From the NCBI GenBank assembly GCA_950097015.1, contig CATNEN010000002.1, forward strand, positions 1,550,001 through 1,614,000: a stretch of DNA of 64,000 bases, in the 5' to 3' direction. The notes beneath the pieces were generated by a model that did not search any database, was not told the origin of the DNA, and was given only the letters and a program-made list of their open reading frames with translations. The DNA is from Macrostomum hystrix (Eukaryota; Animalia; Platyhelminthes). A program made the position numbers and the translations under genes. Of the stretch, positions 35,583-47,209 are shown one piece after another (position 1 is the stretch's first letter; each line of letters starts with the position of its first letter).

Positions 35583-37224
35583 TCCTTACATGTTATCCCA
35601 CTAACAGGTGTTCCATAGCAGGTAATCCAGTTATATAACTAGCCTATATTATTTCCTGGTATCCCAAGGCTTTGGACATCACAAAATTCGCATTCGAAAT
35701 TTTTTTGTTTTATTTTCCTAAATTTGTTTATTTGCAGCCTCTTGCTTTTTTCCGAGTAGAAATAAATGTTTTTGAGTCTTCACAATGTTAACTCTTCTGG
35801 CTTTACCAATTAGTTTCACGCGCTAATGTTTCATAATAAGCTTGGTGTATTCAATATGTTCATACTTCATATTTATACAGCTTTGCTTTGCTAACTAATT
35901 TTTCCTATCGGTTATTGTGCTAGAAAAAGTGTCTAGAAATGTGATGCAGAGTTGAATTATTCTGGTTTTTTAATCTCAATATATACCTTCTGTAAGTTTT
36001 TTATAAAGATATTCTGATAAGACCACTAAATTTAGTAGCTGCGAGTAATCACTTATTGCTTTGTCTATATGTCTCGCTTTTTTCTTCCTTGTTACATCTG
36101 CTTGTGTATAAAAAATACGTTATTTCTATAAAGTAACGGCAAAAAAATTAACGCTTCTAGTATATTTTTAACGGAACTATAAAAACATTCTTCAAAGCGT
36201 TAGTTTTTCCCTCCTTGCCAATGTTTTTTTATAAAAGCTTATCACAACTAATTCACTTTTCACTGACTGTTTAACACACTTTATTTCTGTTTCTATCCAC
36301 TTTCAGTTTTTCACAGAGTCATAATTAGCAACGCTATATTATTTAATGATCGCTCTAATTTTAACGGATGTTTTGTAATCTGTGTATAGCTCGTCTAATG
36401 CTGCTTGATGTTAATGATCTATTCTTTTGCAGTCTTTTCATCACCGATTCTAAAGCTAAGAGTACAATGAAGCATTCTCAAAAAGTCTCGCAATAAAAAG
36501 TATTGAATCAGGAAACCTACATCTTTCCTTGTAGTAATTTCTTTTATACTACTTACTACTACGAGGTCTAAGATCAGTTTCTCACAACACAAGCTTAGGC
36601 TGTTTAAAAAAGTACTAAGTATATGTACTTTTATGTATCTAAAACCGATTTAATAAGAAGAGAATAAAATATCAAAGATAATTTTTTCTTGCACTACTTG
36701 AATTACTGTCAGTAGTGAAGTCGCATGTTTAATCTCTAATTTTAATCGTTTGCCGTATAAAAATGATACAAAAGAGAGCTGTTTCGTATCTGTGTGAGCT
36801 CATTAAAAGAGAACAAATATTAATTTGTCATCAACTGTGCAATACGAATGACAGCTCTTATGGTACATTCATTAGTGTCAGGCTGAAAATTGTCTAATAA
36901 AAAACACAACGAAATAAAATAAACATTGTAACAGAGGCAATATTCTATAACAATCTTAGGAAGAAAAATATCGTATAGTATATACCATAGACACACAAAC
37001 ACGCTGCTTAGTCAACCACAACAATGGGAAAATAATGGAAGATCTAAGCATCGTTTTCACAGTTCAGAATGTGAATCACAATTGAAACTAATTTTTGTTA
37101 ACAACATACCTTGATTAACATTTCTATTGATTAAATTACAAGTGAATAAAAACTAAAGCTTTACAGACGGATAGATCATAAATATAAAATCAATCTAGAT
37201 TTCACATAACTAGATCTGGTGACT

Positions 37225-37840
37225 TTCACTGCCTACTTACATCAGTAGTTTTGGCTGTCACTGCCTACTTACATCAGTAGTTTTGACTGTCACTTCCTAC
37301 TTACATCAGTAGTTTTGGCTGTCACTGCCTACTTACATCAGTAGTTTTGACTGTCACTTCCTACTTACATCAGTAGTTTTGGCTATCACTGCCTACTTAC
37401 ATCAGTAGCATTGACTGTCACTGCCTACTTACAACAGTAGCATTGACTGTCACTGCCTACTTACAACAGTAGTTTTGGCTGTCACTGCCTACTTACATCA
37501 GTAGCATTGACTGTCACTGCCTACTTACAACAGTAGTTTTGGCTGTCACTGCCTACTTACACCAGTAGCATTGACTGTCACTGCCTACTTACACCAGTAG
37601 CATTGACTGTCACTGCCTACTTACACCAGTAGCATTGACTGTCACTGCCTACTTACATCAGTAGCATTGACTGTCACTGCCTACTTACACCAGTAGCATT
37701 GACTGTCACTGCCTACTTACATCAGTAGCATTGACTGTCACTGCCTACTTACAACAGTAGCATTGACTGTCACTGCCTACTTACACCAGTAGCATTGACT
37801 GTCACTGCCTACTTACATCAGTAGCATTGACTGTCATTGT
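37225..37840. repeat. 32-bp minisatellite (ACTGTCACTGCCTACTTACATCAGTAGCATTG)n
   Basis: About 19 copies between the convergent CLC and DNAJC5 3' ends. Confidence 0.95.
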
Positions 37841-38326
37841 CTATTAGTATTTAAATCGATTAATAAAGCCGAAATTAGAGTTTTTCTGAAGCCGAGATGA
37901 AAAGCATAGGAAAACACATAAAATTACACGCCGATTACACTACTTTTATTACGCAACTTAATAGTAGAACTGGGGCATATGAATGCCATTTGAAAACCAA
38001 TATAGAATTTAAAAAGTCAAACCACAAACTCGATTATTGTATAATTGTTAGAAACACAAAAAACTACAATTAAGGACAAATTGAGCACCCTTAAAGAACT
38101 TTAAAAAATACATTTTAATCGCTCTTAAAAGGCAGTTAAGTTCTCAGCTTCTCTGAAACTACAAAAGTGTTCTAAAAAATGAAAAACTCTGAGAACAAAA
38201 CTAACTTAAGGAAATTCTGTTTAAGAAAATGGATGGTCCTCAAATTCTAGGCTTCAGATCACAAGTTCAGTTTCCATGGTTACCTAGCTCATCATTATCT
38301 GAAAAAGTGTTAATAATTATCCTGAA

Positions 38327-41300
38327 TTAAGCGCTTGGCAGTGGTATTGGAGCTTTGACATTCTCGCCGAATGAATTTGGCGGCGGCGCCGGAACTGCGA
38401 AAACAGCGGAGGCGCTGGCTGGCTGAGCGGTGAAAACCCTGGGCTCGCCAGAGTCGAACTCCGTAACATTTTCGTTTGGCTATTAAAAAATTGGGTAGAT
38501 TAATTTGGGTAAACAGCGGGAGCAACTATGACTACCTTCAACCCGTCATATAATTAGTGACATACTTTGATTATAAAGACGACAAGTATAAACTACTCAC
38601 CTGATCATTAAAGGCCTCATCTTCACCCTCGTTCTCATCTTTCGGCCCGCACTTGCCGCAGCAACAGCAGCAGCAGAGGCAGCAGCAGCAGCAGCAGCAG
38701 CAGCCGGTGAGAAGAAAGCAAAGCACTAGCACGCACTGAAATAGTAAGGCAATTTCATCGAAACTCTAATCTACAGAAAAAATTAACTGATTCATTGCTA
38801 AATCAACTGATTTAAAACTTCAGATTCTTAATAACTGATTATAAACTTCCAATTCTCATCAAATGATTTAAAACTTCAGATTCTTAATAACTGATTATAA
38901 ACTTCCAACTCTCATCAACCGATTATAAACTTCCTATTCTTATCAACTGATTATAAACTTCCTATTCTCATCAACCGATTATAAACTTCTGATTCTCATC
39001 AACCGATTGTAAACTTCAGATTCTCATCAACCGATTATAAACTTCAGATTCTCATCAACCGATTATAAACTTCAGATTCTCATCAACTGATTATAAACTT
39101 CCAATTCTCCTCAACCGATTATAAACTTCCTATTCTCATAAACTGATTATAAACTTCAGATTCTCATCAACCGATTATAAACTTCAGATTCTCATCAACC
39201 GATTATAAACTTCAGATTCTCATCAACCGATTATAAACTTCCTTTTCTTATCAACTGATTATAAACTTCTTATTCTCATCAACCGATTATAAACTTCAGA
39301 TTCTGATCAACCGATTATAAACTTCAGATTCTCATCAACCGATTATAAACTTCAGATTCTCATCAACCGATTATAAACTTCCTATTCTTATCAACTGATT
39401 ATAAACTTCCTATTCTCATAAACTGATTATAAACTTCAGATTCTCATCAACCGATTATAAACTTCAGATTCTCATCAACCGATTATAAACTTCCTATTCT
39501 CCTCAACCGATTATAAACTTCAGATTCTCATCAACCGATTATAAACTTACGATTCTAATCAACTGATTATAAACTTCCAATTTTCATCAACCGATTATAA
39601 ACTTACGATTCTAATCAACTGATTAATAAACTTCAGATTCTCATCAACTGATTATAAACTTCAGATTCTCATCAACTGATTATAAACTTCCAATTCTCAT
39701 TAACTGATTATAAACTTCCAATTCTCATTAACTGATTATAAACTTCCAATTCTCATCAACTGATTATAAACTTCAGATTCTCATTAACTGATTATAAACT
39801 TCCAATTCTCATCAACTGATTATAAACTTCCAATTCTCATCAACTGATTATAAACCTCCAATTCTTATTAACTGATTTTAATCCTCCAGTTCTCATCAAA
39901 TGATTATAAACGTCCAATTCTTATTAACTGATTATAAACCTCCAGTTCTTATCAAATGATTATAAACCTCCGATTCTTATTAACTGATTATAAACCTCCA
40001 ATTCTCATCAACTGATTATAAACTTTCAATTCTCATCAACTGAATATAAGCTTCCAATTCTTATTAACTGATTATAAACTTCCAATTCTCATCAACTGAT
40101 TATAAACTTTCAATTCTCATCAACTGATTATAAACTTCCAATTCTCATCAAATGATTAAACTGTCAATTCTCATCAACTGATTATAAACGTCCAATTCTT
40201 ATTAACTGATTATAAACCTCCAGTTCTTATCAAATGATTATAAACCTCCGATTCTTATCAGCTGATTATAAACTTCCAATTCTCAGCAACTGATTATAAA
40301 CTTCCAATTCTCATCAAATGATTAAACTTTCAATTCTCATCAAATGATTAAACTTTCAATTCTCATCAACTGATTATAAACCTCCAATTCTTATTAACTG
40401 ATTATAAACCTCCAATTCTTATTAACTGATTATAAACCTCCAATTCTTATTAACTGATTATAAACCTCCAATTCTTATTAACTGATTATAAACCTCCAGT
40501 TCTCATCAAATGATTATAAACGTCCAATTCTTATTAACTGATTATAAACCTCCAGTTCTTATCAACTGATTATAAACCTCCAATTCTCATCAAATGATTA
40601 TAAACTTTCAATTCTCATCAACTGATTATAAACCTCCGATTCTTATTAACTGATTATAAACTTCCAATTCTTATCAACTGATTATAAACCTCCAATTCTC
40701 ATTAACTGATTATAAACTTCCAATTCTCATCAACTGATTATAAACCTCCGATTCTTATTAACTGATTATAAACTTCCAATTCTTATCAACTGATTATAAA
40801 CCTCCAATTCTCATTAACTGATTATAAACTTCCAATTCTCATCAACTGATTATAAGCTTCCAATTCTCATCAACTGATTATAAACTTCCAATTCTCATCA
40901 ACTGATTATAAACTTCCAATTCTTATTAACTGATTATAAACTTCTAATCATCGTCACATATTTAAAGCTTCAAAATCAAATCTATCGATTTAAAATTAAC
41001 ATTTTTATCGAAAGATTTTGAAAAAATCTAAACAAAAATCCTAAATCATCAGAAGTGTTACAAATACAACCTAGCACGAACGAACCTTGAAGCAGGGATT
41101 TTTGAACATGAGATACGCACTCATGTTCTCTTCGCCAATCTGCGAAGCCAGTTGCAGTCCAACTGATCCATACCGGTCGTAGATTTTTCGCTTTTTCGGA
41201 TCGCTCAGAACCCGATTAGCGTGATTGATTTCTTTGAACTGCGAAATTTTGAGTTCGAATTTTATTTTACAATTTTGAGAGCTAGAACTTCAATTGTAAC

Positions 41301-43340
41301 GCTGGTAAAATTGAACTAGATGGAAACAGCAAACAAATCATTATGTATCTCATCTCTCCCCTGTCTCATGTCTACTGTCTCATCTCTCCCCTGTCTCATC
41401 TCTCTCCTGTCTGATGTCTACTGTCTCATCTCTCCCTGTCTTATCTCTCCCCTGTCTCATGTCTACTGTCTCATCTCTCCCCTGTCTCATGTCTACTGTC
41501 TCATCTCTCCCCTGTCTCATGTCTACTGTCTCATCTCTCCCCTGTCTCATGTCTACTGTCTCATCTCTCCCCTGTCTCATGTCTACTGTCTCATCTCTCT
41601 CCTGTCTGATGTCTACTGTCTCATCTCTCCCTGTCTCATCTTTCTACTGTCTCATCTCTCCCTGTCTCATCTCTCTACTGTCTCATCTGTCCCTGTCTTA
41701 TCTCTCCCTATCTTATATCTCCCTATCTCATCTCTTTACTATCTCATCTCTTTACTGTCTCATCTCTCTACTGTCTTATATCTCCCTGTCTTATATCTCC
41801 CTATCTCATCTCTTTACTGTCTCATCTCTCTCCTAAGCGTCTGTTACAGTGGAGTCGGGAATCGAACAGCCGACCTTCCAAGTCGTGAGTCCGTCGCCTT
41901 TACCACTAAAGTGGGTCTCTCACAGCGAACTTGCTAAACATAAAAAACGAGACAAAAATCAAGCAGCGCCTACCTTTTCAGCGGCCGCTGGGTCAGGGTT
42001 TTTATCCGGATGTAACTTTAGAGCAAGCTAAAAAAATAGGTTTCAGTTTAATGAGCTTGATTGATTGTGTAGCTGATTAATATACGTTTTAGATTAATAT
42101 ATTTCATTCTAACTCAGCATAAAATAAACTTGCCTTCCTATACGCACGCTTAATATCGTCCTCTGTTGCCTCCTTTGGTAGGCCAAGAAGCTGATACAGC
42201 GAGTGCCCACCGGTTCTAAGCAAGAAATCGATTAACAATGCATTGCATTTGCTGCACTAACAAAAGCTTAACTGGGATTTTTATGACATTGTTGCAGAGT
42301 GGGGACATGAATTATTGGGAAAAGTGGGAGAGTGCTTTTAAAAAAAGTACACGCAATGTAATAGGTGCACATTTATGGCTATGTTTTAATGAAAAAAAAT
42401 TAAATTAGAGCCACTTGACTTAATTTTTTGTTGCAAATGTTGCTTTGTAATTAAAGAGCAACACAAATTTAAACTATTATAACCAACAAATTAACTAAAA
42501 TGTCAGTTTTATGGCAATACTTGTGTTGTTGCTCAGTTTTGTCACACTTGTGATGGTTTCAGATCATATTATTTTTGTGGAACCTACCAACAAAACCCAT
42601 AAGCAAATTATGTAATAAATGGGATTGATATTTAATATGTCCCAATGTCTCTAGTGAAGCTGAATCCTATTAATTGTCCACATGTAATTTAGCCTAGCTT
42701 GCTATCCAAAACAATTTATTCAATATGTTTCACCAGTAAATATGTTGTTATTCTTATATATTGAGGCAACCACAAAAGCCATTAGGATTAGGCTCATACT
42801 ATAATAAATAGGATTAATCTGCATTAGGTACCCATGCCTTTATTGAAGATTAATCCTATTTATTTTTCTTCTATTTTTCAGCCAAAACTCTTGATTCCCC
42901 CAATGTCTTGCTTAGTATAGTTATCACATGATAGGTTAGCCATTCTATATAAAGTGGTTTACGATGGAACAAAACATATTGCTTTTTTAATTGAACATAC
43001 CAAAATACCAATATGTCCATATATTTATGAACTAATTAAAACTGGAACTATTTGATAGGATTAAAGTTCAATAAGCTGAGAAATACCTATAGATTATTAT
43101 ATAGCTAGCACTAGCACCCAGCTAGGCCCCTACTGAACATACCAGTCCATAGGCTTTAATAATATGGACCAAACGTTCCAAACTGGATACTATAGTAATC
43201 TGAGACAACATTCTTTTTTTTCAAGACAAAAGTAACACTTACGATAACTTTCGTTTCCTTTGAGATTCTTCTGAACTTTTATTTTGTGCTTCAGAAGCAT
43301 CACCTTCATCTCGAACAGTATATGATGCAGCATTAGCCAT
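38327..43340 (-). CDS. DNAJC5: Cysteine string protein (DnaJ subfamily C member 5), 224 aa
   Basis: Exons 43340-43243, 42215-42134, 42027-41974, 41238-41086, 38735-38601 and 38479-38327 (675 nt, phases consistent). RKRKLS PKA-type site, J-domain SLYQLLGL...[14 protein letters not shown]...FKEINHAN, cysteine string LLTG-C8-L-C6-GKC, and C-terminal VFTAQP. None of these exons appear in the supplied ORF track. Confidence 0.96.
38785..40945. repeat. 28-bp AT-rich minisatellite (ATCAACTGATTATAAACTTCCAATTCTC)n, DNAJC5 intron
   Basis: About 77 copies filling most of intron 38736-41085. Confidence 0.96.
41345..41830. repeat. (CTGTCTCATCTCTCC)-type dispersed satellite, site 1 of 4
   Basis: Same motif family as 45005-45705, 54605-55015 and 63310-63475 (the last reversed). 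Confidence 0.9.
41850..41910 (-). mobile_element. SINE tRNA head only (a similar fragment lies at about 10245-10300)
   Basis: ggagtcgggaatcgaac...gaccttccaagtcgtgagtccg...taccacta is the reverse complement of the SINE 5' end. Confidence 0.7.
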
Positions 43341-45004
43341 TGATATGATGAATTTTTTGAAAAAATCCTGAGTGAAGATGTGCGTTGAAAAAATAAAATT
43401 TTGCAAAAGTTGCTAGACTTTATTACGGGTACTAAGTTAGAAAACAGAACAATACGTTATTTTATTTAGTTTAAAAAACCAAACTGCGTCGTTTACGTTG
43501 GGAAAATGGTTGTTACTTAGACCTGCTAAAGTAAGAAGATGTGTTTAACTAAACTTCAATTGGTACTGCTATTCAATTTATCAGATACAACTGTCAAACA
43601 ATTACGCGTCCGAAGTTCCGTCGACCATCCAACAAGAATGATATTATGGAAATGGAAAATGTTTCTTGTAAAAGTTATAAAATTAAGTAGTGGATCTTGG
43701 AAACAAGAAAGTAAATCAAATGAAGGCGTCAAATATATACTGTGTGCTAAATTGTACGCGTAGTCGCATAACTTTAAAAAAAGCCAGTTTTTTTTCTCAG
43801 AATTTTTTGTTATCCTTGAGCAATATTATATGTTGTCCTGACTAATGACAATGTTTTCGGGTGCATTTGGGTTAATTTATCGTTTAATTCATGTTCGCTT
43901 TTGGCCTCTTCTCCAACATAAAAACTCTTGTTTTATTCTGAAAGGAGGCAGACAAAACACCCCAAACAAAGCAGACAAATATGACAAGACGTATTCGTTG
44001 TCATCTCACCTTTTTGGTCCTTATATAATGATCGATCAATAAAATTCCAATGATAGCAAATGAAAAAAATTCTGTAACAAATTTTTTTGGCCATAAAAAG
44101 AGGATAATAGCTTTATCCATTGGCCAGAAGTATAAGACTCCTAATTGTGTTATAATTGCTAGTAAGGCAGCACGTATATTGCCAATCAAAATTCCATAAA
44201 TTGCAATTTTCCAGTTTTTCAATTAGATTTTGAAGTTTGAATTGTTAAAAAAGTATTAATGAGATTTTCAAACAGATAACCTATTCAGCGATTTGAGTGC
44301 CAATATAAGCCCCCCGAGATAGCGAGCTAAGCAAGCAGTAGAAATTCTCTAGAATTTCAGCTCGAGAATAGTACTTGAGGCGCTGCAAAAAAGTAGTCTG
44401 ATAGGGAAATTCGTCGCATTGTACTCAAACGAAAAAATCCTTTGCAGTTGTAACTGTTGAACGAAATTCTAAACCCCCTTTCATTGAATTCTAAATCACC
44501 CATTGATAAGTACCTTGCAAACTGTCAGTTTCCTGACACGAATCGAAAAACTGCATGATTGTTTATCATGCATAATGATTATATTTTTTTCTGACGCATA
44601 ACGATTTTCGTTCCAAAGAAGTTAATCCCCCAGCTAACAGAACTCACCAGAAAGGATGCATATCTACATGTAAATTGAAGTTTTTTACATTTCTGTGATC
44701 CAGTTTCTTAGGATTTGATGGATTAGTCAGCGATGTTTCACTGACAGCTCTCTCACTTGATCAGACTAACTATTGCGGACAAAAACAAAGAAAATACTCT
44801 AGATTATTAGTTCCTGGTCTTGATTTCGCATAGCGGAAACTTTCTGCTGCAGAAATTAATCTAGAATGCGAAATCGCCGCAAACGCTATGTTACTATAAG
44901 CGCGATCATTAAAAATTACAGAAGGATTACAGAATCGATAACTACAATTACAACCCGACCAGATGAGGAAGGCTATAATGATCCGGCAAATTTCCCCTTC
45001 CAAA

Positions 45005-45705
45005 ATCTGTCCCGTCTCATCTAAACCCGTTTCTTCTCTCTCTCTCGTCTCCTCTTTTACCTGTCTTATCTCTCCCCTGCCTCATATCACCCCTGTCTCA
45101 TCTCTCCCCCGTCTCATATCTCCCCTGTCTCATCTCTCTCCTGTCTCATCTCTCTCCCCTGTCTCATCTCTCCCGTCTCATCTCTCTACTGTCTCATCTC
45201 TCCCGTCTCATCTCTCTACTGTCTCATCTCTCACCTGCCTTAAATCTCCCCTGTCTCATCTCTCCCCTGTCTCATCTCTCTACTGTCTCATCTCTCTACT
45301 GTCTCATCTCTCTACTGTCTCATCTCTCTACTGTCTCATCTCTCTACTGTCTCATCTCTCCCCCGTCTCATCTCTCTACTGTCTCATCTCTCCCGTCTCA
45401 TCTCTCCCGTCTCATCTCTCCCCTGTCCCATCTGTCCCCTATCTCATCTCTCTACTGTCTCATCTCTCCCGTCTCATCTCTTCCCTGTCTCATCTCTCCC
45501 GTCTCATCTCTCTACTGTCTTATCTTTCTACTGTCTCATCTCTCCCCTGTCTCATCTAAACCCGTTTCTTCTCTCTCTCGTCTCCTCTTTTACCTTTCTT
45601 ATCTCTCCCCTGCCTCATATCTCCCCTTCCTCATATATCCCTTGTCTCATCTCTCCCGTCTTATCTCTCCCGTCTCACCTCTCCTGTCTTGTCTCTCCTG
45701 TCTCA
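45005..45705. repeat. (CTGTCTCATCTCTCC)-type satellite, site 2
   Basis: Direct observation; internal duplication of tcatctaaacccgtttcttctctctctcgtctcctcttttacct. Confidence 0.9.
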
Positions 45706-46701
45706 TTATCTTTATCAATTCTTCGTCTATTAATCTATAATTTTTATTTCATTCACATATACATGTTATGCTGTTTTTAGTTATTACGATTAGTTGAAAG
45801 CTATTCAAGAATTCGCTCACTAAGGCTAATAAATACATTAATAAGTTGTTTATCTGAAGCATAGCAGTCATCCATCACCGATGAGCTAGCTAGATCTTGT
45901 CAGAGACAAAGTAAAAGCTATACAGTACCGATAGCTCGTCGCTTTCATCTAGCACTGCACGAGAAATTTGTGTACGTGACTCAATTTGTCAGATAAGAGA
46001 TCGAGGGAAAACGCAGGAAACTGCATGGACGATCAGCTGCTGCTGCTGCCTCCGCAGAAAACGAAAACCAAAATGATTTATGATTATTCGTATTAGAATT
46101 CAAAATTCTACTTTATACGTAACGCGAAATCGTTGCAACTTCAGTCGTATCTATTTTCATGTTAAAAGTTAATTTGTTAAAATGAAACGACATTTCCGAT
46201 TTCAAAGTGGTGACTATATTAACTACTTTTTATTTTATATGAGGTCTAAATTATACGATATATTTACGCAAATTAGACAAATGGCAAATGAAAAAGGTGT
46301 ATATTTTGTTATAAACTTAATGCTATATGCAGATAAAAAATCATTTGAATATCATAACGAATTCAGATGAATTACACGATCCGATTATATATCATTTGCT
46401 GAACTATTTGATCATTACACCACGGTCAACACGGAAATGCAAAAATGTACAAGTTTTATTTTATATATAAAACAATTGTTACAAGCAGTAGCTAAAATAA
46501 ATATGTAGTTTTTTAGTAGAAAGCAAAAATAGCTTTTAAAAGTACATCCAGACTCTTATCTGCTTTGTGGCGCACACATTTCTAGGAAATTATTTGCAAA
46601 GACTGAATACAAAATTTTCTTTCTATATATAGGAGGAATATATTTACTTACTAATGATTTAACAATATATTTAACAGATTTCCTGTCAATTTGTACAACA
46701 T

Positions 46702-46838
46702 GACTGGTGGGACCACACACCAACCCTCATTAACTCTAAAGCCATTCAGAGTTAAGTGTCTTGCTAAATGGACTTAGTAATCGAACCCCCGACCTTAAAA
46801 TCGCGGAGTCATACGCTCCAACAACTAGGCTATAACTT
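46702..46838 (-). mobile_element. Internally deleted SINE copy
   Basis: cagagttaagtgtcttgctaaa...aatcgaacccccgacctt...caactaggctataac matches the family in reverse. Confidence 0.72.
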
Positions 46839-47209
46839 CGAATTAAATTAATCACTTTAATTAATCACGTGGCAGAAGAATGCATTAGAAATTCACACCT
46901 CTTCCCTTCTTAATTATGGCTGACAGTGCACCTTTCACACCTGTTCCCACATCAATTATGGCAGCCAGTGCACCTTTCACACCTGTTCCCACATCAATTA
47001 TGGCCGCCAGTGCACCTTTCACACCCTCTACCTGTTCTTATATAGACTTGACAGTCGATAATAACCCTAAATCTCATTAAACTGGTTTTAAATAAAGACT
47101 TTAGTAAGTGGAGTTTCATTAAATATTAGAATATTTGCTTCTACTCTGCAAACTGAAATGCTGTCACGCCTTTGATTAGACTCAAATAGGCGCTCAATAA
47201 AAAACGTGC

